A DNA stretch of 41,798 bases from Pseudanabaena sp. CAN_BIN31 (GTDB lineage: Bacteria; Cyanobacteriota; Cyanobacteriia; Pseudanabaenales; Pseudanabaenaceae), in assembly GCA_026785865.1 (NCBI GenBank), contig JAJAZG010000576.1, positions 1 to 41,798 of the forward strand, written 5' to 3'. Below, piece by piece: positions 1 through 9,193 of the stretch (the first letter of the stretch is position 1; every line of letters starts with the position of its first letter). A model generated the notes under the pieces. That model searched no databases and was not told the origin of the DNA. It saw nothing but the letters and a program-made list of their open reading frames with translations. A program made the position numbers and the translations under genes.

Positions 1-268
1 TAAAACTAAGTTGTATGGCTGTGAATTAGTATTAGCAAATCGATGGTTTCCATCGTCAAAGACTTGCTCAAATTGTGGCAATAAGAAACAAGCTCTATCG
101 CTTTCAGAGCGCACATATAACTGTGAATGTGGCTTTGTCTGCGATAGAGATGTTAATGCTGCAATAAATTTAGTACGGCTAGTTAAGTCGGATTTTAAGC
201 CTGTGGACAAGAAGGAGCCGACTCCCTTGGTTGAATCAGGAAATAAACAGCAAACTAGGTTTGCATAG
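1..268 (+). CDS. tnpB: TnpB RNA-guided endonuclease, C-terminal part (gene begins upstream of the window)
   Basis: Frame is open from base 2 (KTKLYGCELVLANRWFPSSKTCSNCG...TYNCECG...DRDVNAAINL): PSSKTC zinc ribbon plus RuvC-III DRDxNAAxN motif. Confidence 0.92.
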   Translation, partial: KTKLYGCELVLANRWFPSSKTCSNCGNKKQALSLSERTYNCECGFVCDRDVNAAINLVRLVKSDFKPVDKKEPTPLVESGNKQQTRFA

Positions 269-282
269 GTTTTTTATAACGG
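1..282 (+). mobile_element. Right end of an IS607-type (tnpB) element
   Basis: tnpB 3' end is followed by short repeats CTAGGTTTG/CATAGGTTTT and ...TATAAC-GG (GG at 281-282). An unrelated reading frame starts mid-gene immediately afterwards. GG is the known IS607 core dinucleotide. Confidence 0.75.
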
Positions 283-302
283 ACGCAGCAGGGTGAAGCT
301 AG
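200..302 (+). ncRNA. Putative TnpB omega-RNA (scaffold ~200-282 plus flank-derived guide)
   Basis: CCTG(200-203)/CAGG(237-240) enclose a CAAG-AA-GGAG-CCGA-CTCC-CTTG stem that overlaps the tnpB 3' end, the expected omega-RNA position. 5' boundary is uncertain. Confidence 0.55.
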
Positions 303-465
303 TTTATTGATCCGCATATTAATTCGTCGTTGTGGTAATCTTAATCCTAGTCAGTTACAAAAAGTGCGATCGCTTTCTATTGACCAACTAGAATCTCTCG
401 GTGAATCCCTATTAGATTTTCAGAACATCTCAGATCTAGACAATTGGCTTAATTGTTTCCCTTAG
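283..465 (+). pseudogene. 3' remnant of an Rpn-family/DUF4351 C-terminal-domain gene interrupted by the IS
   Basis: Not in the ORF track. Reads TQQGEASLLIRILIRRCGNLNPSQLQKVRSLSIDQLESLGESLLDFQNISDLDNWLNCFP*, matching the DUF4351 pattern (QLExLGEALLDF...DLxxWL). It has no start codon. Confidence 0.85.
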
Positions 466-628
466 ATTTTTCATCTCTTTATGGTTGTTGAGAGGGATCT
501 GCCGATCGCCACAGATTGAAATCGACATCTTCTAAATAATAATTGAGTGCTCAGTATGATCAATGCAATAATTATTCTTAAACAATCATAAAAATATTAT
601 CAAAAGAATTCAGGAAGATTAGCTAAAA

Positions 629-1981
629 ATGCAGACAAGCGATCGCCATATACCGAGCAAAGTTGGTAAAGGATTTAAAAAAATCCTTGGTAATATAAGC
701 TGGCTATTTGCTGAACGTATTTTTAGTATGTTCATTAGCTTGTTTATTAACGTTCTCGTAATTCGATATTTAGGTCCAAAGAATTTAGGTCAATTAAGTT
801 ATGCCCTTAGTTTTGTGGCTCTAGTGGGAGTTGCCGCTAAATTGGGCTTGGATGGCATTGTTGTCAGAAATATTGTCCAAAAGCAAGATTCTGCGCCAGA
901 AATTTTAGGGACAGCTTTTACACTAAAATTTATAGCTTCTATTATCACGATCGCCATAACTTTTGTTCTTGCTCTATTCCTCAATCAAGATATACAGATT
1001 AACTATTTAATTCTGATCGTTGCCTTGACAACATTATTTAATAGTCTTGAAGTAATAGAGTTTTGGTTTCGATCTCAGGTGATCGCCCGACCAATGGTTA
1101 TGATAAGAACTGGTATTCTTATATTTTCTTCTATCGCTAAATTATTCTTAATTCAGTGGAAATCATCTCTGGAACTTTTTGCTTGGTTATTGCTTATTGA
1201 GAGTGTTCTGACCGCGATCGCTATGTTGTTTGTATACAAATCTAGCAATCACTCCATCAGAAAATGGAAATTCAATAATATCTATGCGAAAGATATGTTG
1301 AAAGACTCTTTCCCTCTCATTTTCGCAGCTATTTCTGTGACCATATACATGAAGATAGATCAGATTATGCTAGCAAATATGTCCACCAGTTCAGAAGTAG
1401 GAAATTATGCCGCAGCCATTAGATTTTCCGAGATATGGTACTTTATCCCTATGTTTGTCTGTGCTTCAATTTTTCCTAGTATTGTTCGTAGTAAGGAGAG
1501 GGGCATTTATGAATATCAGATAAGAATTCAACAACTATATGATTTGATGGGATGGCTATCTTGGATTATTATCATCTTTATGAGTTTGATTGGGACTTCT
1601 GTGGTTAAAGCGCTTATTGGGGTAGAGTTTGATCGGGCGATTCCCATACTGTTACTACATATTTGGGCTACGCCCTTTGTCTTTTTAGGTGTCGCTAGAA
1701 GTCAATGGTTAATGGCCGAGAATTTGACATCTTTAAGTTTTAAAACTTCTATTTTGGGTGCTACAATCAACATAGTTTTGAACTATTTTCTTATCCCTGT
1801 CTATGGTGGCGTAGGTGCTGCGATCGCTACAGTAATTTCATATGGTGTTCAGTCACATTTTAGTTGTATTCTATTTAAAGAGATGCACCAACAGTTTAGT
1901 CTTTTGATGAATGGACTCTTCGTTCCTTTTCGGATTAATCAAAATATAATTTATTTTAGATCAATCATCAAACTTATCTAA
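629..1981 (+). CDS. wzx: Polysaccharide flippase (Wzx/RfbX, MATE-like)
   Basis: 450 aa multi-TM protein with NISWLFAERIF, RYLGP and YMKIDQIML...VGNYAAAIRFSE motifs. Confidence 0.92.
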   Translation: MQTSDRHIPSKVGKGFKKILGNISWLFAERIFSMFISLFINVLVIRYLGPKNLGQLSYALSFVALVGVAAKLGLDGIVVRNIVQKQDSAPEILGTAFTLKFIASIITIAITFVLALFLNQDIQINYLILIVALTTLFNSLEVIEFWFRSQVIARPMVMIRTGILIFSSIAKLFLIQWKSSLELFAWLLLIESVLTAIAMLFVYKSSNHSIRKWKFNNIYAKDMLKDSFPLIFAAISVTIYMKIDQIMLANMSTSSEVGNYAAAIRFSEIWYFIPMFVCASIFPSIVRSKERGIYEYQIRIQQLYDLMGWLSWIIIIFMSLIGTSVVKALIGVEFDRAIPILLLHIWATPFVFLGVARSQWLMAENLTSLSFKTSILGATINIVLNYFLIPVYGGVGAAIATVISYGVQSHFSCILFKEMHQQFSLLMNGLFVPFRINQNIIYFRSIIKLI

Positions 1982-2006
1982 AGCATTCATTCCAGTAACT
2001 GAATCG

Positions 2007-2939
2007 ATGATTAAAACGCCAGTAGCATTCATTATATTTAATCGCCCAGATACTACAGCAAAAGTATTTGAGGCTATCCGTCAAGCTAAACCTCCCAAGC
2101 TTTTTGTAATTGCAGATGGACCACGTAGCGATCGCCCTGATGAAGCCGCAAAATGTGCAGCAGCACGCGCTATTATCGATGGTGTTGATTGGGAGTGTGA
2201 GGTATTGACCAATTATTCAGATGTCAATTTGAGTTGTAAATCGCGTGTTTCCAGTGGATTAGATTGGGTATTTGACAATGTTGAAGAAGCAATTGTATTA
2301 GAAGATGATTGTCTTCCTCATCCTAGCTTCTTTACTTTTTGTGAAGAACTGTTAGATAAATATCGATATGACGAGAGAATTGCTGTAATTTCTGGACAGA
2401 ATGTACAATTTGGTCGTCAAAGAACAGACTATAGCTACTATTTCTCTCGCTATAACCATTGTTGGGTATGGGCAAGTTGGAGACGAAGCTGGAAAAACTT
2501 TGACTATGATATGAAATTATGGGATTTAATCAGAGATAGTGATTGGTTAGGAGATATTTTTCAGGATAAGAGAGATGTTAAAGTTTGGACTAAAATTTTT
2601 CAAAATGTTTATGATCAAAAGATAAATAGCTGGGCTTATCGCTGGACTTTATCATGCTGGCTACAAAATCAGGTGAGTATTTTGTCTAACGTTAATTTAA
2701 TATCCAACATTGGATTTGGATCTGAAGGAACAAATACAAGAAATTCTGATAGCGTATTTTCTGAAACATCCTGTGAAAACATGATATTCCCTCTAAACCA
2801 TCCACCATTTATGATTCGAGATGCAAAATCTGATGATTTCACTCAAAAGACTTTATACGGTGTACCCCTTTTAATTATTCGTATTAAAAGAAAGGTCAAA
2901 GCTATTTATTCTTCTATACTAGGGAAAAAGCACGTTTAA
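2007..2939 (+). CDS. GT-A fold nucleotide-diphospho-sugar transferase (GT2/HlpA-like)
   Basis: PVAFIIFNRPDTT, IADGPR, IVLEDDCLP (DxD-like) and NLISNIGFG motifs. Confidence 0.88.
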   Translation: MIKTPVAFIIFNRPDTTAKVFEAIRQAKPPKLFVIADGPRSDRPDEAAKCAAARAIIDGVDWECEVLTNYSDVNLSCKSRVSSGLDWVFDNVEEAIVLEDDCLPHPSFFTFCEELLDKYRYDERIAVISGQNVQFGRQRTDYSYYFSRYNHCWVWASWRRSWKNFDYDMKLWDLIRDSDWLGDIFQDKRDVKVWTKIFQNVYDQKINSWAYRWTLSCWLQNQVSILSNVNLISNIGFGSEGTNTRNSDSVFSETSCENMIFPLNHPPFMIRDAKSDDFTQKTLYGVPLLIIRIKRKVKAIYSSILGKKHV

Positions 2940-2981
2940 TTTTTTTAATTCTGTCCAGTAAATTTAGAAAAGAAGAAAATC

Positions 2982-3710
2982 ATGAACCCACTACAATTTA
3001 TTTCAAGAGCTGGAAAAAAAATCTACCGTTCTATTTGTAAGCTAATCAATAGGGACAATATAACTTTATCAAAAATTTCACCTCGTAAGGACTTGACTGA
3101 ATTAGGGACAAAATATGGTGGGTGGGTTATACCAAAAAGTTTACTTGATTCCGATTCAATTTGTTATTGTGTTGGTTGTGGCGAAGATATATCATTTGAT
3201 CTGGCTCTGATTGACCAAATAGGTTGTGATGTATTTGGATTTGATCCGACTCCACGAGCTATTCAATTTGTGAAACAAGTAGCTGGTAATAATACCAAAT
3301 ATCATTTTTTTGAAGTGGGTTTATGGGACAAAGATGATACTTTGAAATTCTATGCACCAAGAAATTCCGATCATGTTTCTCATTCTCTTCTTAATCTACA
3401 AGGAACAGAAGATTATTTTATGGCTAAGGTGAGGCGGCTAAATGAAATTATGCAGGAGCATAATCACAAAAAAATTGATTTACTTAAGATTGATATTGAA
3501 GGTGCTGAATATAAAGTCATCGATTCAATAATTGAGGATGGGCTAGATATCAAAATCCTCTGTATCGAATATGATGAATGCTTTAATCCATTAGATAGTA
3601 GTTACAAACTAAGAATTAAACATTCCGTTAATCAATTACTTAATGCTGGCTTTTCTTTAGTTTGTGCGCAGGGTAGTGGCAATTATACATTTATCAAACA
3701 AAATGATTAA
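2982..3710 (+). CDS. FkbM-family methyltransferase
   Basis: LGTKYGGW, GCGEDISFD, FDPTPRA and LLKIDIEGAEY motifs. Confidence 0.9.
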   Translation: MNPLQFISRAGKKIYRSICKLINRDNITLSKISPRKDLTELGTKYGGWVIPKSLLDSDSICYCVGCGEDISFDLALIDQIGCDVFGFDPTPRAIQFVKQVAGNNTKYHFFEVGLWDKDDTLKFYAPRNSDHVSHSLLNLQGTEDYFMAKVRRLNEIMQEHNHKKIDLLKIDIEGAEYKVIDSIIEDGLDIKILCIEYDECFNPLDSSYKLRIKHSVNQLLNAGFSLVCAQGSGNYTFIKQND

Positions 3711-3951
3711 ACCACTCCTAATTAGCACTAATGATATTAATGGAGGTGCTGCCCGTGCCGCTTATCGTTTGCACCGAGGCTTACAAAGTATAAATATAAG
3801 TTCTCAGATGCTTGTCCAAAACAAGGAAAGTGACGACTATACAGTAATTGCTCCAGCAACCAAACTAAGTAAAGTAATCGGCAAATTAAAACCTACTTTA
3901 GACCTACTACGATTACAACTTTACCCCAACAAATATGAAACAAACAATTAG
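3703..3951 (+). pseudogene. Truncated GT4 (WcaC-like) glycosyltransferase, N-terminal ~82 aa only
   Basis: MIKPLLISTNDINGGAARAAYRLHRGL...TLD...YPN parallels the N-terminus of 4642..5889, then stops. ATG at 3703 overlaps the upstream stop. Confidence 0.85.
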
Positions 3952-4645
3952 GAAATTACTACACCAATTAGGAATTGACGTAAAGCGCTACGAGGGTTCT
4001 GATTATGCAATAATTAAGAAACTTCTTGATTACCATCACATCGATCTAGTTTTAGACGTAGGAGCAAATATTGGTCAATATTACAAGTTTCTTAGAGATT
4101 CAGGTTATTCTGGAAGAGTTGTTTCTTTTGAACCACTCAGTGATGCTTACTCTCAACTAACAAAAATTAGTAAGAGATGCCAGTCGTGGGAAATAGCACC
4201 CCGAACAGCTATAGGTAATCAAGAGGGAGAGATTTCGATTAATATTGCTGGCAATAGCCAAAGTAGTTCTTTGCTGCCAATGTTAGATAATCATATATCG
4301 GCTTTTCCTGAGTCGGCTTATCTGCGGACTGAGACAGTCAAAATAACTAGCTTAGATCGTATCGCCCCTAATTATATTCATGGTAATAGTGGAACTTTTC
4401 TGAAATTAGATGTACAGGGCTACGAGCAACAAGTTTTAGAAGGCGCTAAAGGTATTCTGCCTCAAATTAAAGGAATACAACTAGAAATGTCTTTGCTCTC
4501 TCTTTACCAAGGAGAATTATTGTTTAGAGAAATGCTGGATTACATGGAAGATTTGGGCTACTTTCTCCATTGGATGAAACCGACTTGCCTAAATCCTAAA
4601 ACAGGTCAAATGATGCAAGTAGATGGGATTTTTTTTAAGCTATGA
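3935..4645 (+). CDS. FkbM-family methyltransferase
   Basis: VLDVGANIGQY, SFEP and FLKLDVQGYE...VLEGA motifs. Confidence 0.92.
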   Translation: MKQTIRKLLHQLGIDVKRYEGSDYAIIKKLLDYHHIDLVLDVGANIGQYYKFLRDSGYSGRVVSFEPLSDAYSQLTKISKRCQSWEIAPRTAIGNQEGEISINIAGNSQSSSLLPMLDNHISAFPESAYLRTETVKITSLDRIAPNYIHGNSGTFLKLDVQGYEQQVLEGAKGILPQIKGIQLEMSLLSLYQGELLFREMLDYMEDLGYFLHWMKPTCLNPKTGQMMQVDGIFFKL

Positions 4646-5889
4646 GAGTTTGTCTAATCAGTCATTCGGACGGGAGAGGCGGCGCTTATGCAGCAGCTTA
4701 CCGTTTACATCAAGGTCTTAAAGCAATAAATGCCAATTCGACTATGTTAGTTGGCGAAAAAACCCGCGATGATTTTACAGTTTTAGGCTCAAGTAGCAAG
4801 TTAGCTAAGGGATGGTCAAAATTATCACCTACTTTAGATTCATTTCCGCTAAAAATCTATCCTAACCGCGATCAATCGTCAATTTCTCTTCAATGGCTAC
4901 CTGATCAAGTGGCCGCAAAAGTAGCTCAAATCAATCCTGATGTAATTAATTTACACTGGGTTAATGCTGGCTATCTACAAATCGAAACACTTGCTAAATT
5001 CAAAAAACCTATTGTTTGGACACTCCATGATATGTGGGCATTTACTGGAGGATGTCACTACAACGGAGATTGTATAAATTACGTGAACTCCTGTGGAGCT
5101 TGCCCTCAACTGCATAGTAATACAGAAAAAGATTTATCACGTTGGGTTTGGAGGCGTAAAGCAAAGGCATGGGAAGATTTAAATCTAACTATAGTCACCC
5201 CTAGCCATTGGTTGGCTGACTGCGCTAAAAAAAGTTCTTTGTTCCAAAATTTACGAATTGAAGTCATACCCTATGGTTTAGACGCTCAAGTTTACAAACC
5301 CATTGATCAAGCAATAGCAAGAAATTTGCTCAATTTACCATTAGATAAAAAGCTGGTGTTGTTTGGGGCAATTAACTCGACAGGCGACAGACGTAAGGGC
5401 TTTCATTTACTTGAACCTGCTTTGCAGGAGTTGAGCGAAGATAAAAAACTGGAAAATGTAGAAGTAGTTATTTTTGGTGCTTCTCGTCCTTCAGAAGTTC
5501 CTAATTTGGGATTCCCAATACATTACTTAGGACGGTTAAATGATGATATAGCATTAGCATTGTTATATTCAGCAGCAGATGTATTTATTGCCCCTTCTGT
5601 GCAAGATAATTTACCAAATACAGTTATGGAGTCCTTAGCTTGCGGTACTCCCTGCATAGCTTTTGACATTGGCGGTATGTCTGATATGATTGAGCATCAA
5701 AAAAATGGTTATTTAGCTAAACCTTTCGATGTAGATGACTTAGCCAGAGGAATTGCTTGGGTGTTAGAGGATGAAGAAAGATTAAGACAGTTAGGCAGTA
5801 ATGGTCGTAAAAAAGTAGAGCAGAAGTTTACTTTAGAAATACAAGCCAAGAATTATCTGTCCGTGTATCAAAATATCGTTTATAAATAA
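4642..5889 (+). CDS. Glycosyltransferase family 4 (WcaC-like)
   Basis: GGAYAAAYRLH, VWTLHDMWAFTGGCHY, RRKG and DNLPNTVMESLACGTP motifs. ATGA overlap with the upstream gene. Confidence 0.93.
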   Translation: MRVCLISHSDGRGGAYAAAYRLHQGLKAINANSTMLVGEKTRDDFTVLGSSSKLAKGWSKLSPTLDSFPLKIYPNRDQSSISLQWLPDQVAAKVAQINPDVINLHWVNAGYLQIETLAKFKKPIVWTLHDMWAFTGGCHYNGDCINYVNSCGACPQLHSNTEKDLSRWVWRRKAKAWEDLNLTIVTPSHWLADCAKKSSLFQNLRIEVIPYGLDAQVYKPIDQAIARNLLNLPLDKKLVLFGAINSTGDRRKGFHLLEPALQELSEDKKLENVEVVIFGASRPSEVPNLGFPIHYLGRLNDDIALALLYSAADVFIAPSVQDNLPNTVMESLACGTPCIAFDIGGMSDMIEHQKNGYLAKPFDVDDLARGIAWVLEDEERLRQLGSNGRKKVEQKFTLEIQAKNYLSVYQNIVYK

Positions 5890-5899
5890 AATAAGGAAC

Positions 5900-7210
5900 A
5901 TGAGTATGAAAAACAAAGAAGGATTAAAGTTTGTATGTTTATGTCTTAGTTTATTTATAATTGGTTTAGCGATACCTCGGATATCTACTCTGTTCATTAT
6001 TCTTCTTCCTCTATTTTTGGGATTCTGTGGATATTTAAGGATTCCAAGGTACTTTGTCAAATCCAAAAGTGTTCTAGTTTCGATATTATCATTAATTCTG
6101 TTCGTCATAGTAAATTACTACCAATTGTTTTACTATGGTATTCAATCTAATTCAGATACAAGTTGGGCATTTTCACATATTTTTATTATCATTGGATTAT
6201 TCTTTACTAGTATTTCTTTGGATTTTAGAAAAATTCCGTTCCCATCTTTTAGTTTAGTAGCAATAAACTTATCTATATTTTTTGGATCATCTCTTTTTGT
6301 GTTTTTGAGTGTGGCGCAATACCATAGTTGGAGTTTTGGGATCGCGAATATTTTGGTAAAAGAAAGAGCAGTGCCAACTATATGGAATTCCCTCGAAGCA
6401 ATAAATGGTCCAAGCTTAGATATTTACTCTTATTTAGGCTTATCAACGATAGGTATATTAATTATCTTGCTTCTAAAACTTGTTGATTATTTCGATAAAT
6501 CTAAGAGATTTATCTTTACCTTTACTATTGTTTCATTTTTCTCGGTGTTGATGGCTGCTTACTCATCTATTGCTTTAGGAGCGCGGACACCATTTGTAGT
6601 TTTATTGCTTTCGATTTTTGTTACTTGTGTGTTTATCACTTTTTTCAACAGTGATTCTAAGACTAAGAAATCAATAACGCTATATTCTCTTGGCTTGTTT
6701 ATTTTTTTTATTGTGATTTGTATCTTTACATATTATGCGTTAATGGAAAACTTGATTGGATTGCTGGACAACATGGTCGAAAACGGTATCGGTAATAGAT
6801 TCGCAGATGAAGGTCTAGAAACAGACAGGTATCAAATTTGGTTAGAAGTTTTAAGCCAAATGATTGATTTGCCTTGGGGCGGTAAAGTTATGATTATCTC
6901 AGGGAGTTATGCTCATAATATTTGGTTAGATCAAATATATGAGGCAGGGATATTTAGTGGGTTGTTTCTTTTGACGTTCCATCTATCTCAAATTCTAATT
7001 ATTTTCAAATTTTTACAATTAAAGTTGCCAAAAATGATCCATGTTTTTGGCTTGTGTTCTACCTTAGCATTTTTTACTGCATTCCTACAGGCTCCAGTTA
7101 TGCAAGCTTCTACTCTTTATTTTGGAGTGTCTTGTTTTTTCTTTGGCTCATTATCAAGGTTTACATCGGATTGTAAATATGATCACAAACTGTTAAAATG
7201 TAGCTTATAG
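5900..7210 (+). CDS. wzy: O-antigen polymerase/ligase-family membrane protein (Wzy_C-like)
   Basis: 436 aa, AT-rich, many TM segments. Contains GART, R..IW and YAHNIWLD (HN motif), and lies in a wzx-containing cluster. Confidence 0.75.
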   Translation: MSMKNKEGLKFVCLCLSLFIIGLAIPRISTLFIILLPLFLGFCGYLRIPRYFVKSKSVLVSILSLILFVIVNYYQLFYYGIQSNSDTSWAFSHIFIIIGLFFTSISLDFRKIPFPSFSLVAINLSIFFGSSLFVFLSVAQYHSWSFGIANILVKERAVPTIWNSLEAINGPSLDIYSYLGLSTIGILIILLLKLVDYFDKSKRFIFTFTIVSFFSVLMAAYSSIALGARTPFVVLLLSIFVTCVFITFFNSDSKTKKSITLYSLGLFIFFIVICIFTYYALMENLIGLLDNMVENGIGNRFADEGLETDRYQIWLEVLSQMIDLPWGGKVMIISGSYAHNIWLDQIYEAGIFSGLFLLTFHLSQILIIFKFLQLKLPKMIHVFGLCSTLAFFTAFLQAPVMQASTLYFGVSCFFFGSLSRFTSDCKYDHKLLKCSL

Positions 7211-7229
7211 TCTGCAAAGTCTTTCCTAT

Positions 7230-8348
7230 ATGAAAATATGCTTTATCACAAGTAAAACTATTACAACTCATGCCACGATGAAACGTGCTTTTGGCATGGC
7301 TCCCCCATTAATTGATTTAGGGCATGAAGTTACTATATATTTACAAGATTCTGCGGATAATAAAGAGGCTATATCTAGTTATACAAAGGTAAAAGCCGAC
7401 TACTTCCATGCGGGGTCAGCTTTATTTGAGAGAAAACAAAAGCAAGACTTTGTGATGCAAAATAAATTTGATGTTGTTTATATCTGTGGTTTGGGTTTTG
7501 GGAATGCTATAAATCCTCAAGGTATAAGTAATTGTCTTTTTTTGATGGATCATGTGGAACTAGAATCATCAATTATTGGGAGTCCTTTACTAAGAAGGCT
7601 TGCTCTATACTTTTTAGAATGGCAAAGTATATGGGCTTACGAAGGTTCGATCGTAGCTAGTCGATACCTAGAATTTCTATTCCGTCGGCGTTTTCATAGA
7701 TTGGGCTTGCGTCGCCAAATTTTATGGTTTCCTTACGCCTATGATTCACATAGTTTTGTGCCAACGCATGGCAGTATAGGCAAACTTCGGAATAGGTACT
7801 CTGGGAAAAAGCTGATTGTTTATATGGGAGGTCTTTATCGTAGCTATGGTTGCTTTGAAATGCTAGAAGCTGCTAGATTATTGCAGCAACAAGTATCTAA
7901 TTTTGTATTCTTGATTATTGGCAGGGGGCCTGAACAGCAAAGAGCAGAACAATTTGTGAAGGAACATACTTTACAAGAGTGTGTGAAATTTCAAGGCTAT
8001 ATTCCAGAATCTGAGTTGCCTACATTTCTTTACGGGGCTGATGTGTTATTGTCGCCCTTAAATGATACTGTCACTGACTGGGCAAGATGTCCTAGTAAAA
8101 TCCTGATGTACATGGCTACCAAGAAACCTATTGTAACTTGCCGTATTGGGGAAGCATGGGAATATTTACAGGATGATGGGTTTTACTATGAACCAAATTC
8201 AGTAGATTCAATGGTAGCTACTATTAAAAGAGCAATGAGTGTTGCTGATATTTGGGTACCTATGTATAATCCAAACAGTCATACTTGGGAAACTCGTGTT
8301 GATACTTGGCTTGACTGGATATATCGTGTCAGACCAAATTTGACCTAG
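7230..8348 (+). CDS. Glycosyltransferase family 4
   Basis: VYMGGL, IIGRGP and RCPSKILMYMATKKPIV (variant of PxKxxEYxAxGxP). Confidence 0.88.
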   Translation: MKICFITSKTITTHATMKRAFGMAPPLIDLGHEVTIYLQDSADNKEAISSYTKVKADYFHAGSALFERKQKQDFVMQNKFDVVYICGLGFGNAINPQGISNCLFLMDHVELESSIIGSPLLRRLALYFLEWQSIWAYEGSIVASRYLEFLFRRRFHRLGLRRQILWFPYAYDSHSFVPTHGSIGKLRNRYSGKKLIVYMGGLYRSYGCFEMLEAARLLQQQVSNFVFLIIGRGPEQQRAEQFVKEHTLQECVKFQGYIPESELPTFLYGADVLLSPLNDTVTDWARCPSKILMYMATKKPIVTCRIGEAWEYLQDDGFYYEPNSVDSMVATIKRAMSVADIWVPMYNPNSHTWETRVDTWLDWIYRVRPNLT

Positions 8349-8390
8349 ATCACATTTATCTTCATTAGTATATATTTTGGATAAAAATCA

Positions 8391-9170
8391 GTGGAAAATA
8401 CTTCAAAATCTTTTTATGATCGACAATATACCAGTGCTCAATACGCTGAGTATGAGACTCCACCTTATTTAAATAAGGTGCAAAAATTTCTCAATGAGGT
8501 TGATGAACACAGGAAAGCTTCAAGTGTGCTTGAAGTGGGCTGTGGTCGTGGACACTATAGACATCTTCACCCTAATTGGATTGGCACTGATTATTCAGAA
8601 GAAGGATTGAGAATGATTGAAGATCGTCCTGTGTTCGTCAGTGATGCTCAAGATTTATCAATGGTAGCTTCAAATTCTATAGATATTCTATGGAGTATTA
8701 CAGTTTTGGAGCATATTCCGCAACCTGAACTTGCTTTAGCGGAATTTGAGCGCGTTTTAAAACCTGGAGGGTATCTTTTTCTTCTACCTGCTTGGCAGTG
8801 CCGATGGTGGGATTGCTTTGGCATTTCTGTTAGAAAATACAGAGACTTACCATTGCATTTTCGATTAATAAAACTATTGCTACCTTTTTTAAATAGTATT
8901 GCTTATAGGTCACTGACAATAATGCCTTTAAGGCTCTATCGACGATTTTCATCTTTTCTATCCCAAAATTCTACCTCTTACTATTACCGCAAACTTCCAG
9001 CAGACTATGAAACTTTTTGGATAGCAGATTCTGATGCTTGTAGCTGGTTGGATGCTCATGAAACTATTCTGTGGTTTATCTCAAGAGGTCACACCTGTAT
9101 CAGCCATCCTTCTGCATTTAAACAAATTCTGATCCGTTCTGGAGAAGTGATTTTCAAAATAATTAAATAA
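8391..9170 (+). CDS. Class I SAM-dependent methyltransferase
   Basis: VLEVGCGRG and VLEHIP...EFERVLKPGG motifs. GTG start. Confidence 0.9.
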   Translation: MENTSKSFYDRQYTSAQYAEYETPPYLNKVQKFLNEVDEHRKASSVLEVGCGRGHYRHLHPNWIGTDYSEEGLRMIEDRPVFVSDAQDLSMVASNSIDILWSITVLEHIPQPELALAEFERVLKPGGYLFLLPAWQCRWWDCFGISVRKYRDLPLHFRLIKLLLPFLNSIAYRSLTIMPLRLYRRFSSFLSQNSTSYYYRKLPADYETFWIADSDACSWLDAHETILWFISRGHTCISHPSAFKQILIRSGEVIFKIIK

Positions 9171-9193
9171 CATCTATTTATGACTATACAATC

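Noticed and set aside
1-282. IStron (group I intron-IS607 hybrid), since the element sits in a coding gene
   Set aside because: Any intron core would lie upstream of the window, so it cannot be supported from this sequence.
466-628. JUMPstart/ops element ahead of the polysaccharide cluster
   Set aside because: No GGCGGTAG-like motif was found, and the cluster may begin upstream of the window.
3664-3702. GTG start for the 95-aa ORF
   Set aside because: It overlaps the FkbM gene, and GT4 similarity begins at ATG 3703.
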